From a virus: DNA of 64,000 nucleotides. The position numbers and the translations under genes are program-made. The DNA is taken from IMG/VR virus record IMGVR_UViG_3300044900_000004, positions 1,103-65,102 of that record; one strand, 5' to 3'. Shown one piece after another: positions 9,015 through 18,593 of this stretch; the first letter of the stretch is position 1, and every line of letters starts with the position of its first letter. Below the pieces are notes generated by a model. It was not told the origin of the DNA. It ran no database searches and saw nothing but the letters and a program-made list of their open reading frames with translations.

Positions 9015-10233
9015 TAAACAGTTTGTGATTGGCAGGCAAGCGAATGGAGGCGCGAAAAGTTTTCTTTGACCTAAAAGTAATTTCTGACTTTAAAACTTGA
9101 TAGGTTCTGATCTCAAAGCTTTTTCTGTTCTGTTTTATTTGTTCGCAGTCGTGAATTTTGTCACCAACGAAGCTAATAAAATTTCTGCGATTGCCACTAA
9201 AGGGCGAAAAGTCGAGATTTGACGGTGCGGGACTGCTCAGATTCCTGGTTGAGTTTTTTGTGATAATCGCGAGATTATTCTGACTTGCGGCGATCGCAGT
9301 TTTCAGTTCTGAGTTGCAAATCAGGGATTGATAGTCGCTGCTTGTCACTTGAGGTAGAACAAATCGCCCCTCCGTCAGCTCCCCGTCAAGCCAAGAAAAG
9401 TTTGCATATTCCCCAAACACTCCTAACTCGGTATTGCTGGTGATGTAGTATCGAGTGCCAGCCCAAAAGCCAAAGCCTTTGTAGCTAACATCGGAGCTAA
9501 ATACTAACTCGACAGCGGCAGGGAAAAACGTGCTGGCTCTACGATCGATGTCAGTGCGAAGCTGCCAATTTTTTTTAGGGGTGATACTGTTGATGACCCC
9601 GATCGCATCCGAAATACTTTCTCTGCCTGGTACTGCAACAGGGTCTTGCAGCGTAAACAGCCCACTTGTCACGCCTTGCAAGATGTAGCTAATTCCGGCA
9701 ACCCAGTCATTAGGGCCTGCGCCTGTATTGTTGATTTGTGCCCGTGCGATAAATGCAGTTCCGCGCCTGGTTTGATCTCCAAAAGATTCGGCATATTCGC
9801 CTTGTGGAACAATCAAGATTGGCTCTGGATTAAAGGTGAATCTTCCCCCTTTCACATGACTAACAAAGAATTTCAATGCCCCATCGTCGTCGGTTAGCCC
9901 GCTCAGAATCTTGAGACTGTCTCCAGTCTGAGTCGTCGTTTCTTCCTCTGTCGTTTTGGGAAAAGGCATTGCATCAAATTGGGCTTGTTGACCCGCTTCG
10001 TCAAACCGTACCGCCTGACCAGCTTTAACAAATCCATTTGTAACGGGCTTTGCTTCAGCACTCCCTCCGTCACTGCCTTGCACAATTCCTTTTCCTGAAT
10101 CAGCGTTGAAGCCGACGTACTTCCATTGCTGCGATCGACGCTGCTCAGATTTCTCGCGCTGCTGCTGTGACTCTGCGTGACGAGAGCGGTTCTGCGCCTG
10201 CTGATTGCGAATCAAGTCAAGAGGATTAGTCAT
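9001..10233 (-). CDS. Tail-tip protein; last codons replaced by the IS
   Basis: Start ATG 10233 overlaps upstream stop; removing the IS restores LFSASYYS* with TGA overlapping ATG 8038. Confidence 0.7.
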   Translation of the reverse strand: MTNPLDLIRNQQAQNRSRHAESQQQREKSEQRRSQQWKYVGFNADSGKGIVQGSDGGSAEAKPVTNGFVKAGQAVRFDEAGQQAQFDAMPFPKTTEEETTTQTGDSLKILSGLTDDDGALKFFVSHVKGGRFTFNPEPILIVPQGEYAESFGDQTRRGTAFIARAQINNTGAGPNDWVAGISYILQGVTSGLFTLQDPVAVPGRESISDAIGVINSITPKKNWQLRTDIDRRASTFFPAAVELVFSSDVSYKGFGFWAGTRYYITSNTELGVFGEYANFSWLDGELTEGRFVLPQVTSSDYQSLICNSELKTAIAASQNNLAIITKNSTRNLSSPAPSNLDFSPFSGNRRNFISFVGDKIHDCEQIKQNRKSFEIRTYQVLKSEITFRSKKTFRASIRLPANHKLFRAHF

Positions 10234-10876
10234 GGTGTGGATGAGTTGCTGCAAAAGATCGGCTTGAGGGAGTGCCACGGAACTCGATCGCCACCTCACT
10301 CCAATCAGTCAAGCTCAGTCCCAGTCGGTGGATTACATCGCCCAAAACTCTATCTGCCAGCAAAACAGGCTGTGTGTCGATCGCCTCGCCTTCGTAGCGA
10401 TACTCGTCATATCGGCGGTAGCTAAATTTCGGATTATTGCAGTATCGATCGTCTTGCAGAATCCCCGAATTGAGAATCTTTTCAAGCGCTTTCCGTTTCA
10501 AAAAAACGCACCCTCCTCTCGGAAAGGGAATCTCTCTGCAAGTATTCAAAGTGCCCGCAACGTCAGCGATCGGAAGGCTTTTGAAAGGTCGCCAAAAGCG
10601 AGTGTCCCCCTCGGTTTTAATGAAATATGAATCATCTGAGTACAGCAGCGCAGACGTAAATAACCGCTCTAGCCAAAGTCCACCAAATTCGGGTAGCTTG
10701 AGGCGATCTCGGAACGGCAAAAAAATCACGCCTCGCGATCGACAGAATTCTGCAAAGTCCTCACGTATCTCGCCATCAGCAGCACAAAGCAGTTTTTCTA
10801 AGGGGTGGTGAGTCCTGAGATCTTCGATCAGTCTTTGGGTAATCTGTTCATCCCGATAGACAGAAAAAACAAACAT
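10226..10876 (-). CDS. Putative glycosyltransferase-like (GT-A) protein
   Basis: YFIKTEGDT (cf. xIKxDxDT) and RGGCVFLKRKAL motifs; coupled to tail genes. Confidence 0.45.
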   Translation of the reverse strand: MFVFSVYRDEQITQRLIEDLRTHHPLEKLLCAADGEIREDFAEFCRSRGVIFLPFRDRLKLPEFGGLWLERLFTSALLYSDDSYFIKTEGDTRFWRPFKSLPIADVAGTLNTCREIPFPRGGCVFLKRKALEKILNSGILQDDRYCNNPKFSYRRYDEYRYEGEAIDTQPVLLADRVLGDVIHRLGLSLTDWSEVAIEFRGTPSSRSFAATHPHHD

Positions 10877-11643
10877 TACGAACCCCCACTGTCGTCGTAA
10901 GCGTCATTGACAAAGGTCGATTTGCTGCCAAAAATGCGAGTAAATATCGCCTGAATTGAAAAGTTGGAGACTGCGCCAGGTAAGGTGATTTTGTAGGCAG
11001 GGCTGTCGTAGTCGTCCAGTACGTAGGGGACTTCTGCGGGGATCTGGAGTTGAGCGATCGTTCCGCTGATCCGAATTAATCCCGTCAGCATCCATTCAGG
11101 CTGAGAAGGTGGGCTGGAGCTATAGGGCAACGCAAAAAACGATGTTGTGCCCGTCCCCGCATCAAATACACCGTTCCCAAGAGTCAGCGTTTTCTGAAAA
11201 TCCAGGATACTTACTAGCGTGTCTTTGAAGCGATCGACATCAACTTTGTCGTCCTGAAGGGAAGTGATGCTGTACTGAATGGTGCTGTCAACGGCTTGAA
11301 GATCCGAAATAGCCCCAGCAAAACCATTAACTAAAGTGCCTAGCGCTCCAATATCGCTTGCCTGTTCGTCGATTTGCGCTTGAATCTCTGATAAATCTGC
11401 ATCTCCCCCGCCCCCGCTTCCACCCCCCGAACTGCTAACAGCGGTCATCGCAATCCATCGTCCAAGCCCAGAATTAGGAACGATCGTATTGTCATCATCC
11501 CCTGTTGCTGTTGACGCTGGCTCGTACTGGTAGGTGCGACGTTTCACCTTTACGGACAATTGGAACCCATAAGGTAGATCTGTTGTAGCGACCAATTTCA
11601 GCGCTGCAACCGTATCGACCGCATAGCCTGTATAGATCGTCAT
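10876..11643 (-). CDS. Putative tail fibre/receptor-binding protein
   Basis: N-terminal TVAALK...DDDNTIVP..GRW fibre-like module, Gly linker, coiled coil. Confidence 0.6.
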   Translation of the reverse strand: MTIYTGYAVDTVAALKLVATTDLPYGFQLSVKVKRRTYQYEPASTATGDDDNTIVPNSGLGRWIAMTAVSSSGGGSGGGGDADLSEIQAQIDEQASDIGALGTLVNGFAGAISDLQAVDSTIQYSITSLQDDKVDVDRFKDTLVSILDFQKTLTLGNGVFDAGTGTTSFFALPYSSSPPSQPEWMLTGLIRISGTIAQLQIPAEVPYVLDDYDSPAYKITLPGAVSNFSIQAIFTRIFGSKSTFVNDAYDDSGGS

Positions 11644-12335
11644 ACGCCTACTCCAAACGTGTCGTTCGCTTCAGCTAGCGTTAGATAAATGTCGCCCGTT
11701 CGTCCCGCCTGAATCAGTTGAGAGTCCGTGCTGACATCAAATGAGTGAATCTTGCCGTTGGCGTAGCGCAGTCGAAACGTGCCCGATCCTGCACCAATGT
11801 CGATCGCCGTTGCCCCATCACTCGAAATCTGAAAGTTGTCAGTGCTTACCCCGATCGCTTTATACAAAGTTCCAGCGCTCAACCCACTTGGCAGGGTCGA
11901 TCCAGCCTCAGCGTCAACCATAATTTCGTCGCCGCTGGTCAAACCGTGGGATGCGATCGTAATCACATTAGAACTTGCATTTACATCAGCCGCAGCAAAA
12001 GACTTGGGTGCGTTAGGGCTACCATCAGCAATCAGGAACACGGTCTGAAATTGCAATGCCCCACCTACTGCTGAGTAGGTTGCCGTCACAAGTGGCATTT
12101 CATGGCGCTTGTTGGTGTTGCTGTAAACGCCGTCTGATCCAAAGACGATCGCCGCTCTTTGATAGCCGTTCTGCGCTTTGAGTTCTGCGGCAAAAAACTC
12201 AGATTTGGCGCTAGTTCTGGACAATAAATTGGTGTCAGCCAGGCACATAAAAAACTTTGCAGGGTTGGGCGGAGTCGCCCCCCGATACTGCATTTTGGCT
12301 TTATAAGAAATCCAATCGTTGTGGATAAACGGCAT
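11640..12335 (-). CDS. Tail-tip structural protein
   Basis: 231 aa, position after tail hub; NGYQRAAI motif. Confidence 0.6.
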   Translation of the reverse strand: MPFIHNDWISYKAKMQYRGATPPNPAKFFMCLADTNLLSRTSAKSEFFAAELKAQNGYQRAAIVFGSDGVYSNTNKRHEMPLVTATYSAVGGALQFQTVFLIADGSPNAPKSFAAADVNASSNVITIASHGLTSGDEIMVDAEAGSTLPSGLSAGTLYKAIGVSTDNFQISSDGATAIDIGAGSGTFRLRYANGKIHSFDVSTDSQLIQAGRTGDIYLTLAEANDTFGVGV

Positions 12336-12363
12336 AGAGGCTGCAAGGAGTGGTGCCCTGAGA

Positions 12364-12371
12364 GTTCCTAC
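12364..12371 (-). promoter_or_regulatory. GTRGGAAY motif
   Basis: GTAGGAAC containing the upstream TAG stop; 28 nt before ATG 12335. Confidence 0.6.
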
Positions 12372-14731
12372 GATCCAGGCGGATAGATTTTAGTCCACTG
12401 GAAGTCAGTCATATTGCGCCATTGCTCAAAAGTGATTTCGTCCCAGTTAATCGATCGGGCCCATGCAGTAGCCGCACTACCCTGAACTTTCACTGCCTTA
12501 AAGGATTGCTGATACTTCACTGACGCACTGCCCTGCACATCAAACCTGTATCCCTCGGTTAACGTGCGGTAGCTCACCATTGCAGAGACCTGAACTGAGT
12601 AGTCGATCGACACTGGGTCGCTCGTGAGAATTGATAGGCGATAGTCTGCTGCCGCGCTTGCCTGTAGTTCAACTTCCTGGTTGAGGCGATAGGGTGGTGA
12701 GATTTGATCTGGATTCTCAGCCTGAGTCCAGCCTAAAAAGATGCCGTCAAATGAGCAAATACATCGTTTTTCTGCCATTGCGATCGAGAACCCGTCCATC
12801 AGATAAGCGCTCACGCCTTCTAGCTCTGTCACGTCGCCCCGCTTCATCGGCTCATAGTCAAACCACGAATTACTGAGATCAGTTGTGATGCTAGCTCCCT
12901 TGTGATGGCCCCACAAAACCACGCCCCAAGTTTGAGCCAGTTGGTTCGCTTCTTCTTGAGCCGCCGCCACAGTTCCACCGTTCAAATAATCAAAGCTGAG
13001 TGTTTTCTCCCTTGGTCTGTAAGGTGAATCGATATCGACCGGGAAGTTCGCTTTACCCTTCACCGTCACTTCTTCGCTACTGAATTCGGGCGAGTAGGTC
13101 TCAGGAGCAGGTGGTTGAGCTTGCCCCGATCGAGAGATTGTCAGCGTGTTTTGCGCTGCTACCAGGGCCACCAGAATGGCGGGGTCGTAAGTAATCTCAT
13201 CGTTCTCCCGCCGCTCACGGAGTTTGTCGGCTACTTGCGGGAATACCGTTGCCAACGGCTTCCTGATTGTCTGCTCATAGCTCCACTCTCCAAAATTCTT
13301 CTCTTTCCAGAATTGAATATTGGATTCTGAGGGCACTGGTCGCTCCATGTTGAAGACAATTCGATCGGGGTCGTAGGCGAACTCAGTCGGAATGATTGTC
13401 CCGATCGGGGCTTTTTTGGTCGTCGTGATGCGTGGTCCACGTCCTAATGCCTCCAAAAGCGGAAGGTCATCTTCTGACACATCTCCCGAAGTTAGAACGG
13501 CGCGACCAGGATCGTAGACGTAATCTGTTTGTTCAGATTCGGCAAACACCGGTTCAAATTTATTGATGTCGATTTCTAGCCGCCCATCCCCGTCCCTGGG
13601 ATAGCTGGCATAAACTTCGCGAAAAACAACAGCACGAGGGCGAGTTATTTCGATCGCATGGGTTTTTAATCGACCCTGATTACCCTGCTGGCATCCGGGT
13701 TGCCCTGCTGACCCCATTACGGGTGAGTTGGCTTCATATTTATAGGTCTCTCGCCTGAATTCGGACACGACCAGGCTGGTACTGCCTTCATAATCTGGGT
13801 CGTCAGACAAAACGATTCCTGCTGCCTCCTCGATCGTGGTTTCGATCGTTCTGAGCTTGCTCGACCTTGAGAAACTGTCTCTCTGAAATGTCCGCTTGAT
13901 TAACGTGTTTGCGTCAGAGCTAGATCCAGCGGCAGAAGCAGGGCCAAACTCCTCTGTTAAAGTTTCTGTTCCGTCTCGCGATTGCCTGGTGATGGTCGCC
14001 TTGCCATTGACAATGACTCGTTCCGCTGGCTGCTCTCCTTCAAGTCGCTGATAGTCTGCTGCTTGAGCGGTCAGGTCAAATGCAATCAGAGGGGCAGACT
14101 GCTTCGCGTCGATCGCGCTAGCTCTCGATCGCCCTAGTGAATCCATCCAAATAAAGTAGCCAGCCGCAGCAGCGATCGCGCCTGCTTGCTCGATAAAACT
14201 GCCTTCAAAAGCTTTAGGTGTTGGGCTGTTGAGAAAGCCAGGAATCGAATCAATCAGAGGGGGTGCTCCTGCCGCTAACAGAAGGCGATTTACAACTTCT
14301 GTTCGACTGGTGCTTGTTCCCGCGCAAACTTTAGAAGCGTCTCCTCTTGGCTCCCTGATCTTGAGCAGCTCGAACAAGTCTCCTGTGTGCAGCGTGAGCT
14401 TGCGAGTTTTAAGATCAAACTGACTGTCCAAGATGTAGATTTCACCGCCGCGAGGCGATCGCTCAAGCAAATCAGCCAGGTTAAACGGTTCCGAGTCTGG
14501 TCTTTTGGCTATCTCAACGACAATCTTTTGTCCTCGCGCCCATCGGTTGTTAATGCGATCGTCCAGACTCTCAAATCCATCAGGGCGGCCTAGTACGATC
14601 GTGCCCGTGAAAATGACCAGCCCACCTTGATCGATCTTGCTGTCGCTGCCCTGGAAGGAGATGAGTGCAGGTGTGCAGTCAAGTCCACCGACGCTGACTC
14701 TGTAATGACGAATGCTGAGATTGATCGTCAT
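12368..14731 (-). CDS. Tail hub/baseplate-like protein
   Basis: 787 aa, follows distal-tail-like gene; GYFIWMDSLGR, RVIVNG motifs. Confidence 0.65.
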   Translation of the reverse strand: MTINLSIRHYRVSVGGLDCTPALISFQGSDSKIDQGGLVIFTGTIVLGRPDGFESLDDRINNRWARGQKIVVEIAKRPDSEPFNLADLLERSPRGGEIYILDSQFDLKTRKLTLHTGDLFELLKIREPRGDASKVCAGTSTSRTEVVNRLLLAAGAPPLIDSIPGFLNSPTPKAFEGSFIEQAGAIAAAAGYFIWMDSLGRSRASAIDAKQSAPLIAFDLTAQAADYQRLEGEQPAERVIVNGKATITRQSRDGTETLTEEFGPASAAGSSSDANTLIKRTFQRDSFSRSSKLRTIETTIEEAAGIVLSDDPDYEGSTSLVVSEFRRETYKYEANSPVMGSAGQPGCQQGNQGRLKTHAIEITRPRAVVFREVYASYPRDGDGRLEIDINKFEPVFAESEQTDYVYDPGRAVLTSGDVSEDDLPLLEALGRGPRITTTKKAPIGTIIPTEFAYDPDRIVFNMERPVPSESNIQFWKEKNFGEWSYEQTIRKPLATVFPQVADKLRERRENDEITYDPAILVALVAAQNTLTISRSGQAQPPAPETYSPEFSSEEVTVKGKANFPVDIDSPYRPREKTLSFDYLNGGTVAAAQEEANQLAQTWGVVLWGHHKGASITTDLSNSWFDYEPMKRGDVTELEGVSAYLMDGFSIAMAEKRCICSFDGIFLGWTQAENPDQISPPYRLNQEVELQASAAADYRLSILTSDPVSIDYSVQVSAMVSYRTLTEGYRFDVQGSASVKYQQSFKAVKVQGSAATAWARSINWDEITFEQWRNMTDFQWTKIYPPGS

Positions 14732-15207
14732 GCTGGCACCCGATCCAGCTCTTTCAAAATGAATCGGGCCAGTTGATAAGCGCTGTTTGTGCGCTCTAAT
14801 TTTGGCTCAAACATTCGAGCCTTGAAGAGTGCGGGATACGCAACGCCGCCGCCTGAGATCGTTTGAACGGTGCCACCAGTGGCGATCGCTCTAGTTCGGG
14901 GGGAAACATCCTCAACAAACAAATTCACGTAGTCAGCGATCGTAATCCCGTAACTCTGCTGAGTCCTGCGTTTGCGCTCTGCTCGATCGAAGATTGCTTT
15001 GATGATTTGCCAGTCGTCGAGCAGGACGTAAGCGGCGATTGTCCAAACATGTTTGGCTTCGTAGAGAGTGCCATCCTCGATCGCCGCCCCAAAGAGTGAA
15101 TATTCTACGTCACCCGTTTGGGTGAGTACGCGATCGTAGCCCCCGGTCGCAAAGACTTTGAGGGAGGTTGAGAAGGTGTCGATCGAGAGGTCTAGTGTCT
15201 GGGGCAT
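14728..15207 (-). CDS. Putative distal tail protein
   Basis: 159 aa, coupled to hub gene; first tail gene after the tape measure. Confidence 0.55.
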   Translation of the reverse strand: MPQTLDLSIDTFSTSLKVFATGGYDRVLTQTGDVEYSLFGAAIEDGTLYEAKHVWTIAAYVLLDDWQIIKAIFDRAERKRRTQQSYGITIADYVNLFVEDVSPRTRAIATGGTVQTISGGGVAYPALFKARMFEPKLERTNSAYQLARFILKELDRVPA

Positions 15208-15232
15208 GGCAGAAAAGCTATCTGCCGCCAGA

Positions 15233-15240
15233 GTTCCTAC
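15233..15240 (-). promoter_or_regulatory. GTRGGAAY motif
   Basis: GTAGGAAC, 25 nt before ATG 15207. Confidence 0.6.
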
Positions 15241-15453
15241 GATTGACGATCTCTTGATAAGTGTCCCAAGCTAAAATCGAGATATATAATTCTCTCTCCG
15301 GGGTCAAAGGGTAGAGTTAGACTGAAGTGTAGGGCGATGGGGTTCCGTGCCGAACTTGTAAAGGTACAGAAAATTCTGGCACAAGACGGTTGTGTAAGGT
15401 CCACAGGCTTGTTATATATAAATTGACAAGCTATACAAAAGAGAGGATTAGCA

Positions 15454-15939
15454 GTGTCTACGGCTGTCCTAAACGGTTTTAATTTCCAAGAAATCCAGCA
15501 AGCACGGAAAGGAGCGGTTAGCTCGTGCAGATATCTTCTGCTGGCTCAACGCGCTGAGAGCATAGCGAACCGTGTGAGCAAGCATTGGGACGAGTTTCTG
15601 CCTGAAGAGCGTGAAAAGCTTAAGGAGCTTGCCCACGATCTAGTTGAACCTTCCAAGGATTTGAACAGCATTCCTGCATGGATTTCGGCGATACTGCGCC
15701 TGCTAATCTTGCGTGCTAGAGGGCAGAGTGAAGCTTTCTACGCACTTTGTGACGCATTAGACAGACTGGCAGATAACATATTTGATGCAATTGAGCGAGA
15801 AGATCCTGCGTACTACTCGGTTATAGCTGATACCCTAGAGGAAGCAATTTCTAGCCCTGATGCTGGGCAAAAGCTAGAACCGGAGGAGATCCGTGGTTGG
15901 CTCGGAAAATTATCAGATCGTGCCGTGGAAGAAGTTTGA
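15454..15939 (+). CDS. Putative antitoxin
   Basis: 161 aa helical protein overlapping a RelE-like gene; GCTTGT...ACAAGC inverted repeat upstream. Confidence 0.5.
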   Translation: MSTAVLNGFNFQEIQQARKGAVSSCRYLLLAQRAESIANRVSKHWDEFLPEEREKLKELAHDLVEPSKDLNSIPAWISAILRLLILRARGQSEAFYALCDALDRLADNIFDAIEREDPAYYSVIADTLEEAISSPDAGQKLEPEEIRGWLGKLSDRAVEEV

Positions 15940-16375
15940 GATTAGCTACGACAAGCTAATCAAAGCTCACTATAAAAAAGACAAAAAAGCTAGAGAAGCT
16001 TTTGATGATCTGCTGGGCGACTTTTTAAAGGAACTCTGCCTTGATCCTCGTCCCGACAGAACTCAGCAACAACCTTCTCCTGGCAATAGCTACGCAGAAG
16101 ATTTTGAGTTTCGCAAGATGCGTTGGCGCCGTCTTCCTGGCTTGAGGGGTGCTGCTAGATTCGGCAGACTTCTCTACATTGTTTGTGATTCAAAACGGCT
16201 CATCTACCCGTTCTGGATTTACACTCATGAAGAGTTTGGGGAGCCCAAAAACCAACCCCCTTCTAAAGACCTAGCGCGCGAAATTCTCCTAATTCAGGAG
16301 GATACAGACAGTAAAGCAAACGACGCTGATATGCCTGATGTCAGCGTCGTTTCTATTGAGGGCGAACAGCAATAA
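15920..16375 (+). CDS. RelE/ParE-like toxin
   Basis: GTG 15920; FRKMRW...GRLLYIV....IYPFWIYTH pattern. Confidence 0.6.
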   Translation: MPWKKFEISYDKLIKAHYKKDKKAREAFDDLLGDFLKELCLDPRPDRTQQQPSPGNSYAEDFEFRKMRWRRLPGLRGAARFGRLLYIVCDSKRLIYPFWIYTHEEFGEPKNQPPSKDLAREILLIQEDTDSKANDADMPDVSVVSIEGEQQ

Positions 16376-16509
16376 CACTCTTTTTTGTAGCGACAATGCG
16401 ACGACGAATTACGTCTGCATAGAAAGTCCGAACTCCGAACATTTGAGTGTTGCCCAGGATCAGCAACTACAAGACATTGCATTATATTTGCGAGTCTCTA
16501 AACTAAGCC

Positions 16510-16544
16510 AAAAGCCCCTCTAGTTTCTTGCTAAAGGGGCTTTT
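16510..16544. terminator. Bidirectional intrinsic terminator
   Basis: AAAAGCCCCT...AGGGGCTTTT between convergent genes. Confidence 0.75.
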
Positions 16545-16583
16545 GTTTGAAGCGATCGAGAGATTCAGGGGCAATCCCTCGCT

Positions 16584-16871
16584 TCAACTTGGCATCTCCT
16601 CCTCAATCTGCAAAACAATGTTGTCTTCGTGAACTTCCCGAAATTGTTGTAGTCCTGACTCAATGTGGTAGTACCAGCCAGGATCGCACCCTTCGGCGTT
16701 CTGAAAAGCAATCCCAACTGACAGAAAGTAAAATCCCACGATTCGACCGCTCAAGGAACTGCTGCCTCGGTCGTAGAGTACGGTTTGCCACAACTTGTAT
16801 TTAGGGGTTGGATTGGGGTCGTTTAGCAAGTCCTTAAGATATTGCTCAAACTCAACAAGTTCTTCGTTCAT
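16584..16871 (-). CDS. Hypothetical protein
   Basis: 95 aa, end of leftward early-type operon. Confidence 0.55.
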   Translation of the reverse strand: MNEELVEFEQYLKDLLNDPNPTPKYKLWQTVLYDRGSSSLSGRIVGFYFLSVGIAFQNAEGCDPGWYYHIESGLQQFREVHEDNIVLQIEEEMPS

Positions 16872-16898
16872 AGGTTTTTGGTTGGGTGGTGAGGTTGA

Positions 16899-17105
16899 TT
16901 ATTTCCAAGGCTCTTCTGTTTTGATTGCCGATATCGAGATCGCTGATTGAGTCGCTTTATCAAGATGGTGAATGAGATCTTCCCAGTGGCGACATTCGGG
17001 GCTGAGGCGTTGCTGCTCCTCCACCATTGTGAGCAGGCGATCCAAAGTCTCAGGCAGGCTGTGGCGCAAAATTAATGAGTGCAGGTCAGCGCGTAGGGTG
17101 GTCAT
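16899..17105 (-). CDS. Hypothetical protein (paralog of 49962..50177)
   Basis: MTTLRADLHSLILRHSLPETL... near identical to copy B. Confidence 0.7.
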   Translation of the reverse strand: MTTLRADLHSLILRHSLPETLDRLLTMVEEQQRLSPECRHWEDLIHHLDKATQSAISISAIKTEEPWK

Positions 17106-17106
17106 C

Positions 17107-18015
17107 TTAGTACCCCCGCTCAGCAACGGTTTGAATAGCGAGGTCAGCGATCGATAGGTCGCGCCCACTGTAGACGTTGACGTAGCTCACGCCGTCTTTG
17201 TAGTTAGTCAGGCGCTGCGGTGGATTTTTGCTGTGCTTCTGGCGGTAGAGGTCTGCTGCGAATTTTCCGGCTGCAACGGTTTGAAGTTGGCTGATGCGAT
17301 GACCGAGAACGAAGGCACGTTCAGCGATCGTATATTGCTGGGGCGCTTCAACGGGTGTCGGCGTTAATTCGCTTAGTTGTGCGACCTGAATCGCTTTGGC
17401 AAGTTTCGCCCGAACGATCGCTTGTTCAGCAGAATCAAAACCGCCAAGTTTTTCACCCATGTCGATCGCGTCCTGAATAAATTTCAGCGCAGGGTGAATG
17501 GAGTCTTCGGGTACGGGTTCGGCGGCGATCTCAATGGTTTGGGGTTCGATTTGCGGAGTCGATACCGGAATTCCGGTATCGGTCGTAGGTTGCTCAAGTT
17601 GAGGCGGTCTCCAGCCTGTAATTTGTTGCACCCAGCTATTGAATCCCATCTCTGCAAATTTCATGAGGCTGTGAAGCGCTTCCTTCTTTCCCTTGTCTGC
17701 GTGATACTTAACGACCTCGATGCAAAACCTGGAACGGTAGATTTTGAGGTTTCCAGATTCCTTACCGTTGACAATCGCTTTCTCGTCGTTGCGTAAAAGG
17801 GTAAAATCCTCGAAACCTTCTGCTGGTAAGGATTCTAAATCTGAAGATGCCTGAGACCGTAAAAGGGTAGCTTCAAACCTGTAAACCGATGGCGATCGTA
17901 CTCCACAGAGTTTCGCAAGGCCCGACTGACTAATGCCAGATTCACCTGTGGACTCAACGGTATAAAACTCAATTCCGTTTTGCTCAGACCTGATCAAATT
18001 CGTGATAATGGTCAT
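17107..18015 (-). CDS. Antirepressor-like DNA-binding protein with N-terminal HTH (copy A)
   Basis: ISQSGLAKLCGVRSPSVYRF; C-terminal VNVYSGRDL. Confidence 0.6.
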   Translation of the reverse strand: MTIITNLIRSEQNGIEFYTVESTGESGISQSGLAKLCGVRSPSVYRFEATLLRSQASSDLESLPAEGFEDFTLLRNDEKAIVNGKESGNLKIYRSRFCIEVVKYHADKGKKEALHSLMKFAEMGFNSWVQQITGWRPPQLEQPTTDTGIPVSTPQIEPQTIEIAAEPVPEDSIHPALKFIQDAIDMGEKLGGFDSAEQAIVRAKLAKAIQVAQLSELTPTPVEAPQQYTIAERAFVLGHRISQLQTVAAGKFAADLYRQKHSKNPPQRLTNYKDGVSYVNVYSGRDLSIADLAIQTVAERGY

Positions 18016-18103
18016 GACTGTTTCATTAGTAATGGTGGGCAGTTGAGGCGATCGCTTTTCTTTCCACGGGTGAGCGATCGCTTTTGAATTTTGAGAATCA
18101 AAA

Positions 18104-18478
18104 CTAGAGATCGGGGTACATCGACTTAACGAAGTTCACCCCATCGAATGAACTTGACAGAAAGCGAGAATATTTAACCTGCTGTTTCGCTCCTAGCCAA
18201 TAAATTACAAAGCCTGCTCGACCAAGCTCGTAGTTGAGTCGATCGCAGTCGTAATCAGAACAGTCGCCGTAAAGGATGAATCCAGGCTTAACATTCCAGC
18301 GATTCGCAGTCTCGATCGCTAAATCTTTCTTGTGCTCACACTCGCTCCAGTGACAGGGAATGAGCGTGTAGAGATTGCAAGCTAGATAGGGGCGGTCACT
18401 TGGGGCGGTTAAAGTTAGGCATTCGTTACCCCAAGAGACGTGATTGAAGAATTCTGTGATGGCTTCGCTAGGTGTCAT
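18104..18478 (-). CDS. Hypothetical protein (paralog of 48547..48939)
   Basis: MTPSEAITEFFNH...VKSMYPDL near identical to copy B. Confidence 0.7.
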   Translation of the reverse strand: MTPSEAITEFFNHVSWGNECLTLTAPSDRPYLACNLYTLIPCHWSECEHKKDLAIETANRWNVKPGFILYGDCSDYDCDRLNYELGRAGFVIYWLGAKQQVKYSRFLSSSFDGVNFVKSMYPDL

Positions 18479-18593
18479 TTTTGTCCTTTCGCTTTTGAAT
18501 TTTTGATAAACCTGCTTCTCGGTTCGGGGGGAGCGCGTTGAAAATTTGGCATGGTTGGGAGACCTGAATAAATCACTTCCCGGTTAAAAACGA

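Larger units (their letters stand above)
16899..18586. repeat. Copy A of ~1.7-kb inverted duplication (copy B 48438..50177)
   Basis: Three paralogous ORFs and intergenic DNA shared in opposite orientation; near-identical stretches. Confidence 0.9.

Noticed and set aside
16899-18586. Duplicated block as a DGR template/variable repeat pair
   Set aside because: Differences are not adenine-specific, the repeat spans whole genes, and no reverse transcriptase is in the window.
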